64,000 bases of DNA, taken from IMG/VR virus record IMGVR_UViG_3300038412_000041. One strand, 5' to 3'. Below are positions 55,130-63,987 of the stretch, piece after piece. Source of the DNA: a virus. Lineage: Duplodnaviria; Heunggongvirae; Uroviricota; Caudoviricetes. The notes beneath the pieces are model-generated. The model was given only the letters and a program-made list of their open reading frames with translations. It was not told the origin of the DNA and did not search any database. Position numbers and translations under genes: made by a program. How positions within the stretch are numbered: the first letter of the stretch is position 1; the number at the start of each line of letters is the position of its first letter.

Positions 55130-56275
55130 ATGAAAAAGACGTTCAAAGAGGAAGCCAAACTTTTGCTAGGTTATCTTATGCAGACTAGTCTGCACCATGA
55201 TAAAATCTTCTCCACCCAAAACCTGATAAATTTTCTTGAACGTGTTATTAATGAAGTGGCACCTGTTCATAAAGCACATCTTCGATCTATCTGGTTGAAC
55301 TACTGCACTCAAGGTAATCACAATCAGTATATGCACTTTGAAGGTTTTTGCAATGCCCTCAATAACATACTTGCAAACATTGAGAAAACCCCTTTGTATA
55401 CGTACCCACCAACATCCAACAACGATGTTGAGCTAGAAGCTTTAGTATCCAAGATAGATAAGGCGGAAGCCGAACAATCCATAGAACACAAGTACGAAAC
55501 GCTTAGGAAAGCAGTACATGATCTGTATTACTCAGCTAACTGGCAAGCAGACCGACCTGTTAATGAAGGTAAACTGTGGGAAGCCGTTCGTGATGCTGCT
55601 GGATTCTCAGTTGGAGAATCACCTAAAAAGCAAGTTGTTGATTCAGAACTGTTTATGAGTATTGAACCTATAAAATTGACAGCCGAACATATTTTCACAT
55701 CTACTATACAACCAAGTCTAAAAGTAAAAGAGGACTACTCCATTACTTTCTTCAATGACTATGGTATTGTTGGAAAGTTTGATTTTAATGGGCCTAAACT
55801 GAAATTTGAAGGTGACTTAGACGAGTCTGCGGAATTGTTTGTCAATCACCTATGTATGCTTTTTGAAAAACGCTTAGATACTGAACGTAAAAAGATGGAG
55901 CAGGTTACTAATGCAAACGTAGAGAAACTGAAGGACTTGCTGCGTCGCTTGCGTGATTGGGATATGCTGGATACTACTTCAGATGGTATATACTGGAGAA
56001 AGGAAATCAAAAGTGCTTTGGCAGATGAGTCTACGCTACCTTCACAAAAACCTACAATCTGGTGGAGTGGTTTAGGTGATGACCCTGAAAACTTTATGTC
56101 AGACAGCACACGTAAAAACCACATTCTGTATGGATCACATACATACAAAGAATTTCCAATACCTTTATTTACTTTTAACCCAAACTGCCAGACATGTAGA
56201 ACAAAGATTGTTCCAACGGATGATCCTTTAGCCAGAAAAGCTTGGGAAAGTTATCTTAATTGGATATCTGGTTGA
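55130..56275 (+). CDS. hypothetical protein
   Basis: 381 aa ORF. The start overlaps the CmoA-homologue stop region. Confidence 0.4.
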   Translation: MKKTFKEEAKLLLGYLMQTSLHHDKIFSTQNLINFLERVINEVAPVHKAHLRSIWLNYCTQGNHNQYMHFEGFCNALNNILANIEKTPLYTYPPTSNNDVELEALVSKIDKAEAEQSIEHKYETLRKAVHDLYYSANWQADRPVNEGKLWEAVRDAAGFSVGESPKKQVVDSELFMSIEPIKLTAEHIFTSTIQPSLKVKEDYSITFFNDYGIVGKFDFNGPKLKFEGDLDESAELFVNHLCMLFEKRLDTERKKMEQVTNANVEKLKDLLRRLRDWDMLDTTSDGIYWRKEIKSALADESTLPSQKPTIWWSGLGDDPENFMSDSTRKNHILYGSHTYKEFPIPLFTFNPNCQTCRTKIVPTDDPLARKAWESYLNWISG

Positions 56276-56290
56276 TTATAAGGAGTAATC

Positions 56291-56599
56291 ATGGATTACA
56301 TAAGTGAAGCAAAAAGGTTAGTAGCTCATTATTCTTTAGTACCTAATGCTGAAGCTAAAGATGTGACCGTATTACTTACGCACTTAATACAGGTTTTAGA
56401 ACCTATATTGAGTAAAGAAAAGTTCTGCTTTTGCAATAACGATATATCACTACAGATGGTTAGTGGTGGTGCAGCCACCGAAGGTTTGCACGGACGAGTC
56501 ACCTTGAAAGTCAAAGGTGTTTATGTTAACTATGTTAAAGTACAGCATCAATCTACAGACAAAGTTGATGCTATCATTGCAAATCATTTTAGGAATTAG
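56291..56599 (+). CDS. hypothetical protein
   Basis: 102 aa ORF. Confidence 0.35.
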   Translation: MDYISEAKRLVAHYSLVPNAEAKDVTVLLTHLIQVLEPILSKEKFCFCNNDISLQMVSGGAATEGLHGRVTLKVKGVYVNYVKVQHQSTDKVDAIIANHFRN

Positions 56600-56601
56600 T
56601 A

Positions 56602-56799
56602 ATGGAAAAACTACTCATAACCTTTATTCTCGCCATGTTATGCCTTATTATTTACTTAGTGTTCTTTAAGCTCATTAATGTGATACTTGGTTGTAACACA
56701 AGATGCAAACACGATTATGAGGTAGTATTTGAGGATAATTGCAAGAGAGTAGAAAGCTGTAAAAAGTGTGGTAACTCAACCATATATGGACAAAAGTGA
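56602..56799 (+). CDS. small transmembrane protein
   Basis: 65 aa with an N-terminal helix and a C-terminal CxxC. Confidence 0.3.
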   Translation: MEKLLITFILAMLCLIIYLVFFKLINVILGCNTRCKHDYEVVFEDNCKRVESCKKCGNSTIYGQK

Positions 56800-57052
56800 A
56801 ATGCTAGAAAAATCACCTATTAAAGACACAATAGATAAACTGGATGTAATACAACCACAGGTAGTCTCTCTTCAGAGAGAGGCAAAGCGCGGCAAATGGT
56901 TGATTAGTAAGATTTATAGCTCTCCTGTTTTTTCTATAGCAGAGAAAAAAGAAACAGGCAGTATAGCACACTCTATAATGTTCTATGGAAAAGCAGGTTT
57001 GTCAGTAGAAGAAGCAATAGACGAGTTAATGCGTAAAGAAGGTGTGTTATGA
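56768..57052 (+). CDS. hypothetical protein
   Basis: 94 aa ORF. Confidence 0.3.
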   Translation: MVTQPYMDKSEMLEKSPIKDTIDKLDVIQPQVVSLQREAKRGKWLISKIYSSPVFSIAEKKETGSIAHSIMFYGKAGLSVEEAIDELMRKEGVL

Positions 57053-57456
57053 GCAACCCGTATAGAATGCTGCTAAAAAAGTCTCAAGCACTCTTGGTAC
57101 TTGAAAGGAATCTAACAGAAGACGAACGTAAAGAAAACGAATGGTTGCTAACAGTGACTTTCAAAGGCATAGAAATGATTGTTGGCAAAGGTGACGTTAA
57201 CACCATGTTCTATCAACTTGGTGAAGGTAAAAGAGCAATCAACTACCCAGATGAGGTCTTAACTCTTTTAGAAAAGCTTGCAAAACGGAAGTATGTTTTG
57301 TATAGGGCTAACGATAAACTGTTTGTCAATGTTAAACGTGCATTTGCTTTTGCAAAGTCTGGAAGAATATACGGAATATTAGAAGATGGCAAAGAGAAAG
57401 CAGCTTACAAATGCAAGCCTACTCTAAAAGGAGGGTTGGAATGGGAGAAAATATAA
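57049..57456 (+). CDS. hypothetical protein
   Basis: 135 aa ORF. Confidence 0.35.
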   Translation: MSNPYRMLLKKSQALLVLERNLTEDERKENEWLLTVTFKGIEMIVGKGDVNTMFYQLGEGKRAINYPDEVLTLLEKLAKRKYVLYRANDKLFVNVKRAFAFAKSGRIYGILEDGKEKAAYKCKPTLKGGLEWEKI

Positions 57457-57662
57457 AGCCTATAGTAAGATACAATGCTGATGAAAACTTGTCATCAATT
57501 GTTGTAGGTGAACGCGCCGCTGTAATAGCGGTTGACCACCCTAATTTTAAAAGTTACTCTTTTGTAAGAACCTCAAAAGTTTTAAAAGTCAATGAAGAGA
57601 CAGGAGAGTTTGAGACAGTAAATTCAATCTATACTTTGGATAAGGGGTCTAAAAATGATTGA
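57411..57662 (+). CDS. hypothetical protein
   Basis: 83 aa ORF. Confidence 0.3.
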   Translation: MQAYSKRRVGMGENIKPIVRYNADENLSSIVVGERAAVIAVDHPNFKSYSFVRTSKVLKVNEETGEFETVNSIYTLDKGSKND

Positions 57663-58461
57663 CAAATTACGCATAGCCTTTAGCGGGTCTGGCTTCTTGG
57701 CTCCTATATTTGCTGGATTTTCCTTTTATCTGCTAGAGAGCAATGTTACAATAGTGGAGGTTGCTGGAACTAGTGGAGGCTCCATTATGTCTGCTCTTCT
57801 GGCATCAGGCAAAACCAGCAGTGAAATTAAACAAACCGCTCTCGGAGATATTCCACGAGGTGTACTTGATTGGCAACCAAGTGTTCTATTCAAGTATGGT
57901 ATCAATGGAGGCCAAGTATTGCAAAACTGGCTAGACTCTGTTCTAGGAGATTGTACGTTCAATGATGCTGTTATGCCTATTACTATTATGGCTACAGACA
58001 TTGATAATGGTTGCTCCTTCCGCTTCAGTAAAGATACAACGCCTAACATAAGATTAGCAGATGCGTGTAGGGCATCAGCAAGTGTTCCATTTATTTGGAC
58101 ACCTGCAATTGTTGCTAATAAAAAGCTTGTAGATGGAGGCATGTGCTGCAATATTCCTGTAGATCAATTGGTGATAGATTCAGTACCTAGAGTCGGAGTA
58201 GAAGTTATTGATGGAACACCTTCTGGCTCTACTGACAAGTTTGCCGATTATCTGAAGCAGTGTTTGTCTACTCTTTTAGGCTCAAATGAGAATAATCTAA
58301 TTGCTTGGGCTAAACAGACAGGAGCAACCATTGTTCCTGTAGATGCCAACCCTTATGGATTTTTGGACCCTGAACTTCCTGCATTGGCAAAGCTTTCGTT
58401 ATTTGATCGCGGTTACAATGCTGCAAGGAATTACTACAGTAAAGCAAACCAAAATGGCTAA
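57655..58461 (+). CDS. patatin-like phospholipase
   Basis: Oxyanion loop AFSGSGFLAP, serine elbow AGTSGGS (GxSxG) and catalytic-Asp DGG (LVDGGMCCN). Confidence 0.65.
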   Translation: MIDKLRIAFSGSGFLAPIFAGFSFYLLESNVTIVEVAGTSGGSIMSALLASGKTSSEIKQTALGDIPRGVLDWQPSVLFKYGINGGQVLQNWLDSVLGDCTFNDAVMPITIMATDIDNGCSFRFSKDTTPNIRLADACRASASVPFIWTPAIVANKKLVDGGMCCNIPVDQLVIDSVPRVGVEVIDGTPSGSTDKFADYLKQCLSTLLGSNENNLIAWAKQTGATIVPVDANPYGFLDPELPALAKLSLFDRGYNAARNYYSKANQNG

Positions 58462-59356
58462 ACGTAACATACCGAGGTCCGCTTTTAAACTACATGAAAG
58501 AAGAGCCTCTTTAATTCATGACCACATGGTTGAATATATGAAGTCAATACCGTGTGAGGAAATAGCAGTCCTGTTAAGTTCAGGTGTTGATAGTCATCTT
58601 TTATTGTTTGCTATTCTTGATGCAGGTAAGACTCCTATTTGTTACTCTGCTACATTGGATGATAGAGAGTCTAAAGATTTTACCTGTGCCAGAAACACTG
58701 CTGATCTTTTAGGATTAAAGTTTGTGCCAGTCATTCTTCCTACTGACGTTAAGCACATCTACAATTTTGTGAAGGAAGAGATATATGGGCCTATAAATCC
58801 AGGTATAATCGTAACTAAGGCGCATGCAGAATGTCTTTGGCCTGTAGCAAGAATCTTTGACAAGATAAAAGAGAAAGCCGTTGTGATAGGGTTTGGAGGA
58901 GATATCTGGTTTTCAACTTTACGCTCCCAAAAGAAGGAATGGTTAGCTGGAACCTATAAAGAATACGTAGAAACCCAACGTCTTCTATATACAGGAAAGA
59001 CAGTCAAGTGTCCTCGCAGAATGGTGCATGATAAATATCTTGCCTTGTATAAGAAAGGATTGAAGCTTTACGAGCCATACTACACAAAACAAATGTTCAA
59101 GATCATGGATGGGATGGACCCAATAAAAGAAGGTTGGAATCCTATTCAGAAAGCTCCTTTCCGTTTGGCCTTCTGGGAATATTTCGAGTTGTGTAAAGAT
59201 AATGTTTACATGCATGTGAACCTGCAGAAAGGCGATAGCGGTATAAGTGAACACTTTTTAAAGCTATTGGCTACTGATTTGAATACAGGTAACTACAAAT
59301 CTACATTAGGCATATATAACGATCAACTACGAAAATGGAGGGAGGAAAATGAATAA
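58454..59356 (+). CDS. PP-loop ATP pyrophosphatase, asparagine-synthetase-like amidotransferase domain (synthetase domain only)
   Basis: EIAVLLSSGVDSHLL (SGGxDS-like PP-loop with one substitution) and VIGFGGDIWFS (AsnB-like SGEGADE..GGY region). Start at ATG 58454 is uncertain (ORF-track start 58343 overlaps the patatin gene). Confidence 0.4.
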   Translation: MAKRNIPRSAFKLHERRASLIHDHMVEYMKSIPCEEIAVLLSSGVDSHLLLFAILDAGKTPICYSATLDDRESKDFTCARNTADLLGLKFVPVILPTDVKHIYNFVKEEIYGPINPGIIVTKAHAECLWPVARIFDKIKEKAVVIGFGGDIWFSTLRSQKKEWLAGTYKEYVETQRLLYTGKTVKCPRRMVHDKYLALYKKGLKLYEPYYTKQMFKIMDGMDPIKEGWNPIQKAPFRLAFWEYFELCKDNVYMHVNLQKGDSGISEHFLKLLATDLNTGNYKSTLGIYNDQLRKWREENE

Positions 59357-59405
59357 ACCTATACCTCAAATTTACCTGTAGGTTGTAGGTTATGGTAGGT
59401 GAAAT

Positions 59406-59425
59406 CTGAAAAGTGTGTATACTAA
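59406..59425 (+). promoter_or_regulatory. TGAAAAGT...TACTAAT motif, copy related to those at 60106 and 61154
   Basis: TGAAAAGTGTGTATACTAAT upstream of the small basic protein gene. Confidence 0.3.
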
Positions 59426-59434
59426 TTTAATGTC

Positions 59435-59452
59435 ACGCAGAACGTTCTGCGT
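59435..59452 (+). other. perfect 18-bp palindrome ACGCAGAACGTTCTGCGT (operator or hairpin)
   Basis: Self-complementary. 29 nt upstream of the ATG at 59481, followed by TCTTATC. Confidence 0.45.
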
Positions 59453-59480
59453 TCTTATCAACTAAATAAGGATCCTTAAC

Positions 59481-59618
59481 ATGAATACATTTGCTCGTAT
59501 GAACAATGCCGGTGGCGAAGCCAAGACTGCAAAGCGTGGCGCTGCCAAGAAGCCTGCTAAGAAGGCTCCTGCTGCCAAGAAGGCTGCAAAGAAGCCTGCT
59601 CGCAAGTTTGCTCGCTAA
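59481..59618 (+). CDS. small lysine/alanine-rich basic protein (histone H1 / AlgP-tail-like DNA-binding protein candidate)
   Basis: 45 aa, MNTFARMNNAGGEAKTAKRGAAKKPAKKAPAAKKAAKKPARKFAR. Below the ORF-track cutoff. Flanked by the palindrome upstream and a strong terminator downstream. Confidence 0.45.
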   Translation: MNTFARMNNAGGEAKTAKRGAAKKPAKKAPAAKKAAKKPARKFAR

Positions 59619-59649
59619 TAAAACATAGCAGTAAGCAAAGCAGCATAAG

Positions 59650-59680
59650 AAGGGGGAGTCTAAAAGGCTTCCCCTTTTTC
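59650..59680 (+). terminator. rho-independent terminator
   Basis: AAGGGGGAG / CTTCCCCTT 9-bp stem (one G-U pair), 9-nt loop, then TTTTTC tail. Confidence 0.6.
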
Positions 59681-59694
59681 ACAGGAGAAACGCT

Positions 59695-60108
59695 ATGCTA
59701 AATATCTCACAGCTTTTGAAGAGTACGTTTCCTAATTTCAAGAAGTCTGCTGCTTACGTTGATCTAAACAAGATCAGAGTAGGTACTAACAAAGCAGGCT
59801 TTGCAAAAATTATGGCTACTGCTTCGTCTAAGGTAGACGCTAATGGAAAACGCAAGTCAGGTATTCAGCAACACGTGTGCGCTATAACTTCTCTTGATAA
59901 GAATAAAGGGTTTAAAGGTCCAGTTAAAACCAGTTGTGATTGCGAAGCCTTCGTCTACACATGCGAGGTTGCTTTGCACAATCAAGGTGCTGCTGATATT
60001 ATTTATTCAAATGGTGAAGCACCTGACGTAAAGAATCCAAGAATGATACCTACTCTGTGTAAACATTTGTATGCTTTGGCCCAACAAGTGAAGACGAGTG
60101 GTTATTGA
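59695..60108 (+). CDS. hypothetical protein with SWIM-like CxC...CxH motif
   Basis: SCDCEAF...TLCKHL. 137 aa. Ribosome-binding site AGGAGA. Confidence 0.4.
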   Translation: MLNISQLLKSTFPNFKKSAAYVDLNKIRVGTNKAGFAKIMATASSKVDANGKRKSGIQQHVCAITSLDKNKGFKGPVKTSCDCEAFVYTCEVALHNQGAADIIYSNGEAPDVKNPRMIPTLCKHLYALAQQVKTSGY

Positions 60109-60141
60109 AAAGTTGTAAATGTCTGATATACTCTAACTAAT
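60106..60141 (+). promoter_or_regulatory. conserved intergenic motif TGAAAAGTTGTAAATG(N15)TACT, copy A
   Basis: The first 16 nt are identical to 61154..61169. Begins at the stop codon of the upstream gene. Confidence 0.35.
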
Positions 60142-60160
60142 AACAAGAGGCAGACCTAGC

Positions 60161-61153
60161 GTGTCATCAAATGTTCTCTCAGCCCTAAAGAAAATTCAAG
60201 AACAGCTTCCTGACAACTATTCAAGCCACCAACTTTTGTCTACTCTAGACCAGCTTCTTCTTAATGCTTGTCTACCAATAATAGACAGAACTAGATTTTT
60301 CGACCGTCATCTAGGCATCATATCCGGTTGGTACGCTAGTGCTGCTCGTCGTAAGCTTGCCTCTCTCCCATCAAAAGAAAGATTCACTGCTCTTACCTCT
60401 GCTTTCATTATATCAAACTCTACAGAAGAAAGAATTGCGGCTTGGAAAGCCTTGAAGCTTGAGCGTACTCTCGTTTTCTGGCTTTTGAATAACTGGCAGG
60501 AAACAATGAGTGAGTGGACCGATGCAGTAGATGCAAAGGACTATGATAAAAAGCAAGTGATAGAACGTCGAGCCTGTTTCATTGTCCACTCCTCCATTTT
60601 TCAAATAAAGCAACATGTAGACTTTTGGTTGACAAAGGCCACAGAGTTTAAACAGATGCTTGTGGAAAAATATATGCGCTATGTGATGGTTGAGGTAGTC
60701 AACTTTTCAAAGTATCAGAAGCAACATAACCCACACATGCAGTTTGATTTAGATGAGGTTGCTCAAGATTTTTGTCTGGCAGTCAGTAAAGCTATTGATA
60801 AGTGTGACACTGAAAAAGGTACATTGACCAGTTATGTCCAGAAGTGGCTTCAGGATGCAAGAACAAATAGATCAGAGTATGGAACTGCCTTTAGTTTACC
60901 AAGCAATCAACGACGAGCCATAGCCCAAGGCTTATCATTTACGAACAACCTCAGTGTCAGTCTTGATTCTGAGCAAGTCTTAGAGTTAGCAGGATCAACC
61001 AATATAGAGCAGGAGTATATTGATGCTGCTACTGTCAATAGAGTACGTCACCTAGCAAAATCTGCTGATCCTTTAGGCATCGGTAGAATCTCGCTAAAAA
61101 TCACAGAAGTTTTATCGGAAGAAGAGTTGCGTTTGTTGAGAACAGCCTGTTAG
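60161..61153 (+). CDS. sigma-70-family RNA polymerase sigma factor-like protein
   Basis: EKYMRYVMVEVVNFSK...DLDEVAQDFCLAVSKAIDKCDTEKGTLTSYVQKWLQDA aligns with sigma region 2 (DLIQEGN.GLMKAVDKFD..RG.KFSTYA.WWIRQA). GTG start with an AAGAGG ribosome-binding site. Confidence 0.55.
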   Translation: MSSNVLSALKKIQEQLPDNYSSHQLLSTLDQLLLNACLPIIDRTRFFDRHLGIISGWYASAARRKLASLPSKERFTALTSAFIISNSTEERIAAWKALKLERTLVFWLLNNWQETMSEWTDAVDAKDYDKKQVIERRACFIVHSSIFQIKQHVDFWLTKATEFKQMLVEKYMRYVMVEVVNFSKYQKQHNPHMQFDLDEVAQDFCLAVSKAIDKCDTEKGTLTSYVQKWLQDARTNRSEYGTAFSLPSNQRRAIAQGLSFTNNLSVSLDSEQVLELAGSTNIEQEYIDAATVNRVRHLAKSADPLGIGRISLKITEVLSEEELRLLRTAC

Positions 61154-61189
61154 TGAAAAGTTGTAAATGCATTGTGTACTAAGTAATCT
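61154..61189 (+). promoter_or_regulatory. conserved intergenic motif TGAAAAGTTGTAAATG(N15)TACT, copy B
   Basis: Starts immediately after the sigma-like gene stop, upstream of the single-stranded-DNA-binding gene. Confidence 0.35.
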
Positions 61190-61203
61190 GTCTATGTCAG
61201 ACA

Positions 61204-62592
61204 GTGTGGGATTTTTGTCAATTAAGGAGTAGTGCAATGAAAAGAGCAATGTCATCCTTCGGCTCGACAAAACCGAGCGTTGGTGGAGGCAATAAAGCAC
61301 CAAACATTCAAGAACAAGTTGATTTGCTGGAATATCCAAAGTCTGGAGGTTCAGTCCAAGTTCGTTACATTGGACCTATTGCTCCACGAGGACTGCACAA
61401 GATTAAAGTCATTAAGAAGGATGGTACTGAAACACAGATCACTAAAGCGTGTTTGGCCTTCAATCCAGAGATTGATGACCGCGACTCAAAGCTTTCATGC
61501 CCGTACTGTGATATGGACAAGGATATCACAACGTTTACCAAGATTTATTTCTCAAACGCTATTGATCGTAGACTTGAAGAGGATAAGCCTGCAAAGATTA
61601 AGGTATCCAGCAAAGAAAAAGAAACCGGAATCAAGAATATGGAATCATCTTCTTGGACGCCTGTACGTGTGAGCCGTATCCCATCTACCCTCGCTTTGCG
61701 TCTGAAGAAGTTGGGTGAACGCAACATTGTCAAGAGCAAGACTGGCGAAAAGAAAACATTTCCTGTCAATCACAAAAAATATGGATTTGATGTTGATGTG
61801 TCTTTCGACAAGAACTTACCTGCCGCCAGCATGTATTCCGCTGACAGAAATCTAGATGAACGATATACACCTCTCACAGAAGAGGAAGAAGCGTATCTGA
61901 TTTATGATCTAGAAGTTCTCTATACTCCTGAAGATGAAGAGACTGCTGAAAAGGAAGCAAACTCTTTGGCTGATCGCTGGTCTAATGGCGGTAAAGCTAG
62001 TGATCCTAAAAAGTCTATCAAGAAGCGTAAGCCTAAAGATGAAGATGAAGACGATGATGACGATATTATTGAGGATGAGGATGATGAGGATGGAGATAAG
62101 CCATCTAAAAAGTCATCCAAGAAATCTTCAAAGAAACCTACTTCCAAGCGTGGTAAGAAGGACGAAGATGAAGACCTTTTAGAAGATGAAGATGATGACG
62201 ATCTTTTAGAAGATGACGAAGACGAAGAAGAGGAAGAGGAAGAGAAACCTAAGAAGAAAGCAAAGCCTACAAAGCACCATAAGGCTGAAGACGAAGAAGA
62301 TGAAGAAGAAGATGAAGAAGATGAAGAAGATGAAGATTTAGAAGAAGACGAAGAGGAAGATCAAGAGGAAGAGAAACCTAAGAAATCTTCTAAAGGAAAA
62401 ACATCTTCCAAGAAACGTCCAACTAAAGACGAAGAAGAGGAAGATGATCTTGATGACGGCTTAGAAGACGACGAAGATGAAGAAGAGGAAGAAGAAAAGC
62501 CTCGCAAGAAATCCAGTAAGACGAAGCCAACGCCTACTAGCAAAAATCGTAAGTCTAAGGATGAAGACGATGACGGTGATATCCCATTCTAA
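61204..62592 (+). CDS. ssb: single-stranded DNA-binding protein (gp32-like OB/zinc region) with a ~200 aa charge-block disordered linker and a DIPF acidic tip
   Basis: N-terminal GGSVQVRYIGP...CPYCDM (gp32-like G.G.V.IRFLP plus Zn ligands). Alternating poly-D/E and K-rich blocks. C-terminus DEDDDGDIPF, as in bacterial SSB (DDDIPF). Confidence 0.55.
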   Translation: MWDFCQLRSSAMKRAMSSFGSTKPSVGGGNKAPNIQEQVDLLEYPKSGGSVQVRYIGPIAPRGLHKIKVIKKDGTETQITKACLAFNPEIDDRDSKLSCPYCDMDKDITTFTKIYFSNAIDRRLEEDKPAKIKVSSKEKETGIKNMESSSWTPVRVSRIPSTLALRLKKLGERNIVKSKTGEKKTFPVNHKKYGFDVDVSFDKNLPAASMYSADRNLDERYTPLTEEEEAYLIYDLEVLYTPEDEETAEKEANSLADRWSNGGKASDPKKSIKKRKPKDEDEDDDDDIIEDEDDEDGDKPSKKSSKKSSKKPTSKRGKKDEDEDLLEDEDDDDLLEDDEDEEEEEEEKPKKKAKPTKHHKAEDEEDEEEDEEDEEDEDLEEDEEEDQEEEKPKKSSKGKTSSKKRPTKDEEEEDDLDDGLEDDEDEEEEEEKPRKKSSKTKPTPTSKNRKSKDEDDDGDIPF

Positions 62593-62604
62593 TAAAGGTG
62601 CTTT

Positions 62605-63987
62605 GTGAAAAAATCTACAAACTCAAAAAAGGTACAAGAGTCTGCCAAAAAGATTTTTGTGCCTAATTATGATGGGATGATGGAAGTACTTGATAAGAAT
62701 GCTCGTTTAGTTCAAGGCAGTATGTCGTTAGAAGCCAGAAAAGACTCCACCATAAGTACAGGTCTGTTAGGAACAGACTTGATGATTGGTGGAGGTCTTC
62801 TCGGTGGTCGCTGGTACACAATGTTCGGTGCTGAAGGCTCAGGAAAAAGTTCACACTTAGCACACATGAAGATTGCAGCATCCAACTCTGGTATTCCTAT
62901 TATTGGAGATTTCGACTACGAGGGCTCCTCAACTCCTGAGTATTATGATGGGATTCTAGAGTATGCTTCAAAGACTATCAGAAAGACGCAACAACTATAT
63001 GGTTTGAAAGATGCTAAAGGTGCATGGGTTATTCCACCAAAAGTTCGGTACTGGAATCCTAATGTTGCCGAAGACTTTTTTAATCCAATAGCGTCAATGC
63101 TCAGAAAAATGCCTGACAAACTGTTTATCGAAAACCATTGGTTTTACGTGTGGGATGCAGATAAGCCAGGTAGAGCAGCCGCAGGTGATAAGTACTCAAA
63201 AGCAATGTACAGCAAGTATCACAGGCTGTTCGTTGAAGCACCTGATGGAAAGCCGCAAGCTCTGTTCTTTCTGGATTCATACCCAGCAATGTTCCCAGAG
63301 GCTCTAGATCAAGATGATGCAGGCCGTGGTATGGCAGCTATCGCAAGAGCAATGTCTGAAAACTGCCCTAAAATTTTTAGTAAGTTGCGCCCAAAGAATG
63401 TCATAATTGTAGGTGCAAATCAGTTGCGTCAAAGACCTGCTGTGATGTATGGCGATCCGACGTATGAGCCTGCTGGTGATACTATCAAGTTTGTTAGTTC
63501 TTGTAGAGTACGCCATACACCTATTTCGGTTCCGCACGGTAAAGGACCAATCGAAAAAGAGTCGTCTGCTATCTATGATGATCTTCAAGATACTTACCGC
63601 TACATCAAAATGAAAGCAATCAAGAACAAGATCAGTACACCTTATCTTGAGACGAAGCAAAGAGTTTGGGTAGATGATGGCACTGGAACAGCACATGGTT
63701 TTGATCCTGTATGGGATACGTTTCAATTTTTAAAGAGTACTGGACAGCTTGAAGGCTCAATGAAGAAGATGAAGATTACACTTGATGGCATTCAACCTAT
63801 CTCAACAGATTGGTTAGGCTTCAAGACACTAATCTTGATTCAAGGTAAAGACAGAATACCTGCATTAAAGAGTCTCAAACTCAAAGCTGATCCTAAAATC
63901 AGAGAACGTTGTTTTGCTCAAGTACGTTCAGGTGCTGCATTTGAAATGTACTTTGCAAACATAAAACAAGAAGACGTTGATGACTAA
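62605..63987 (+). CDS. RecA/UvsX-like recombinase (RecA-fold ATPase)
   Basis: GLLGTDLMIGGGLLGGRWYTMFGAEGSGKSSHLAHM resembles RecA G.LSLD.ALG.GG.P.GRI.EIYGPESSGKTT. GTG start. Confidence 0.6.
   Translation: MKKSTNSKKVQESAKKIFVPNYDGMMEVLDKNARLVQGSMSLEARKDSTISTGLLGTDLMIGGGLLGGRWYTMFGAEGSGKSSHLAHMKIAASNSGIPIIGDFDYEGSSTPEYYDGILEYASKTIRKTQQLYGLKDAKGAWVIPPKVRYWNPNVAEDFFNPIASMLRKMPDKLFIENHWFYVWDADKPGRAAAGDKYSKAMYSKYHRLFVEAPDGKPQALFFLDSYPAMFPEALDQDDAGRGMAAIARAMSENCPKIFSKLRPKNVIIVGANQLRQRPAVMYGDPTYEPAGDTIKFVSSCRVRHTPISVPHGKGPIEKESSAIYDDLQDTYRYIKMKAIKNKISTPYLETKQRVWVDDGTGTAHGFDPVWDTFQFLKSTGQLEGSMKKMKITLDGIQPISTDWLGFKTLILIQGKDRIPALKSLKLKADPKIRERCFAQVRSGAAFEMYFANIKQEDVDD

Noticed and set aside
62000-62580. 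Periodic GAAGATGAAGAAGA-type DNA repeats that could be mistaken for a microsatellite or CRISPR-like array
   Set aside because: They are in-frame codon repeats encoding the poly-D/E and K-rich linker of the single-stranded-DNA-binding protein. There is no repeat-spacer architecture.
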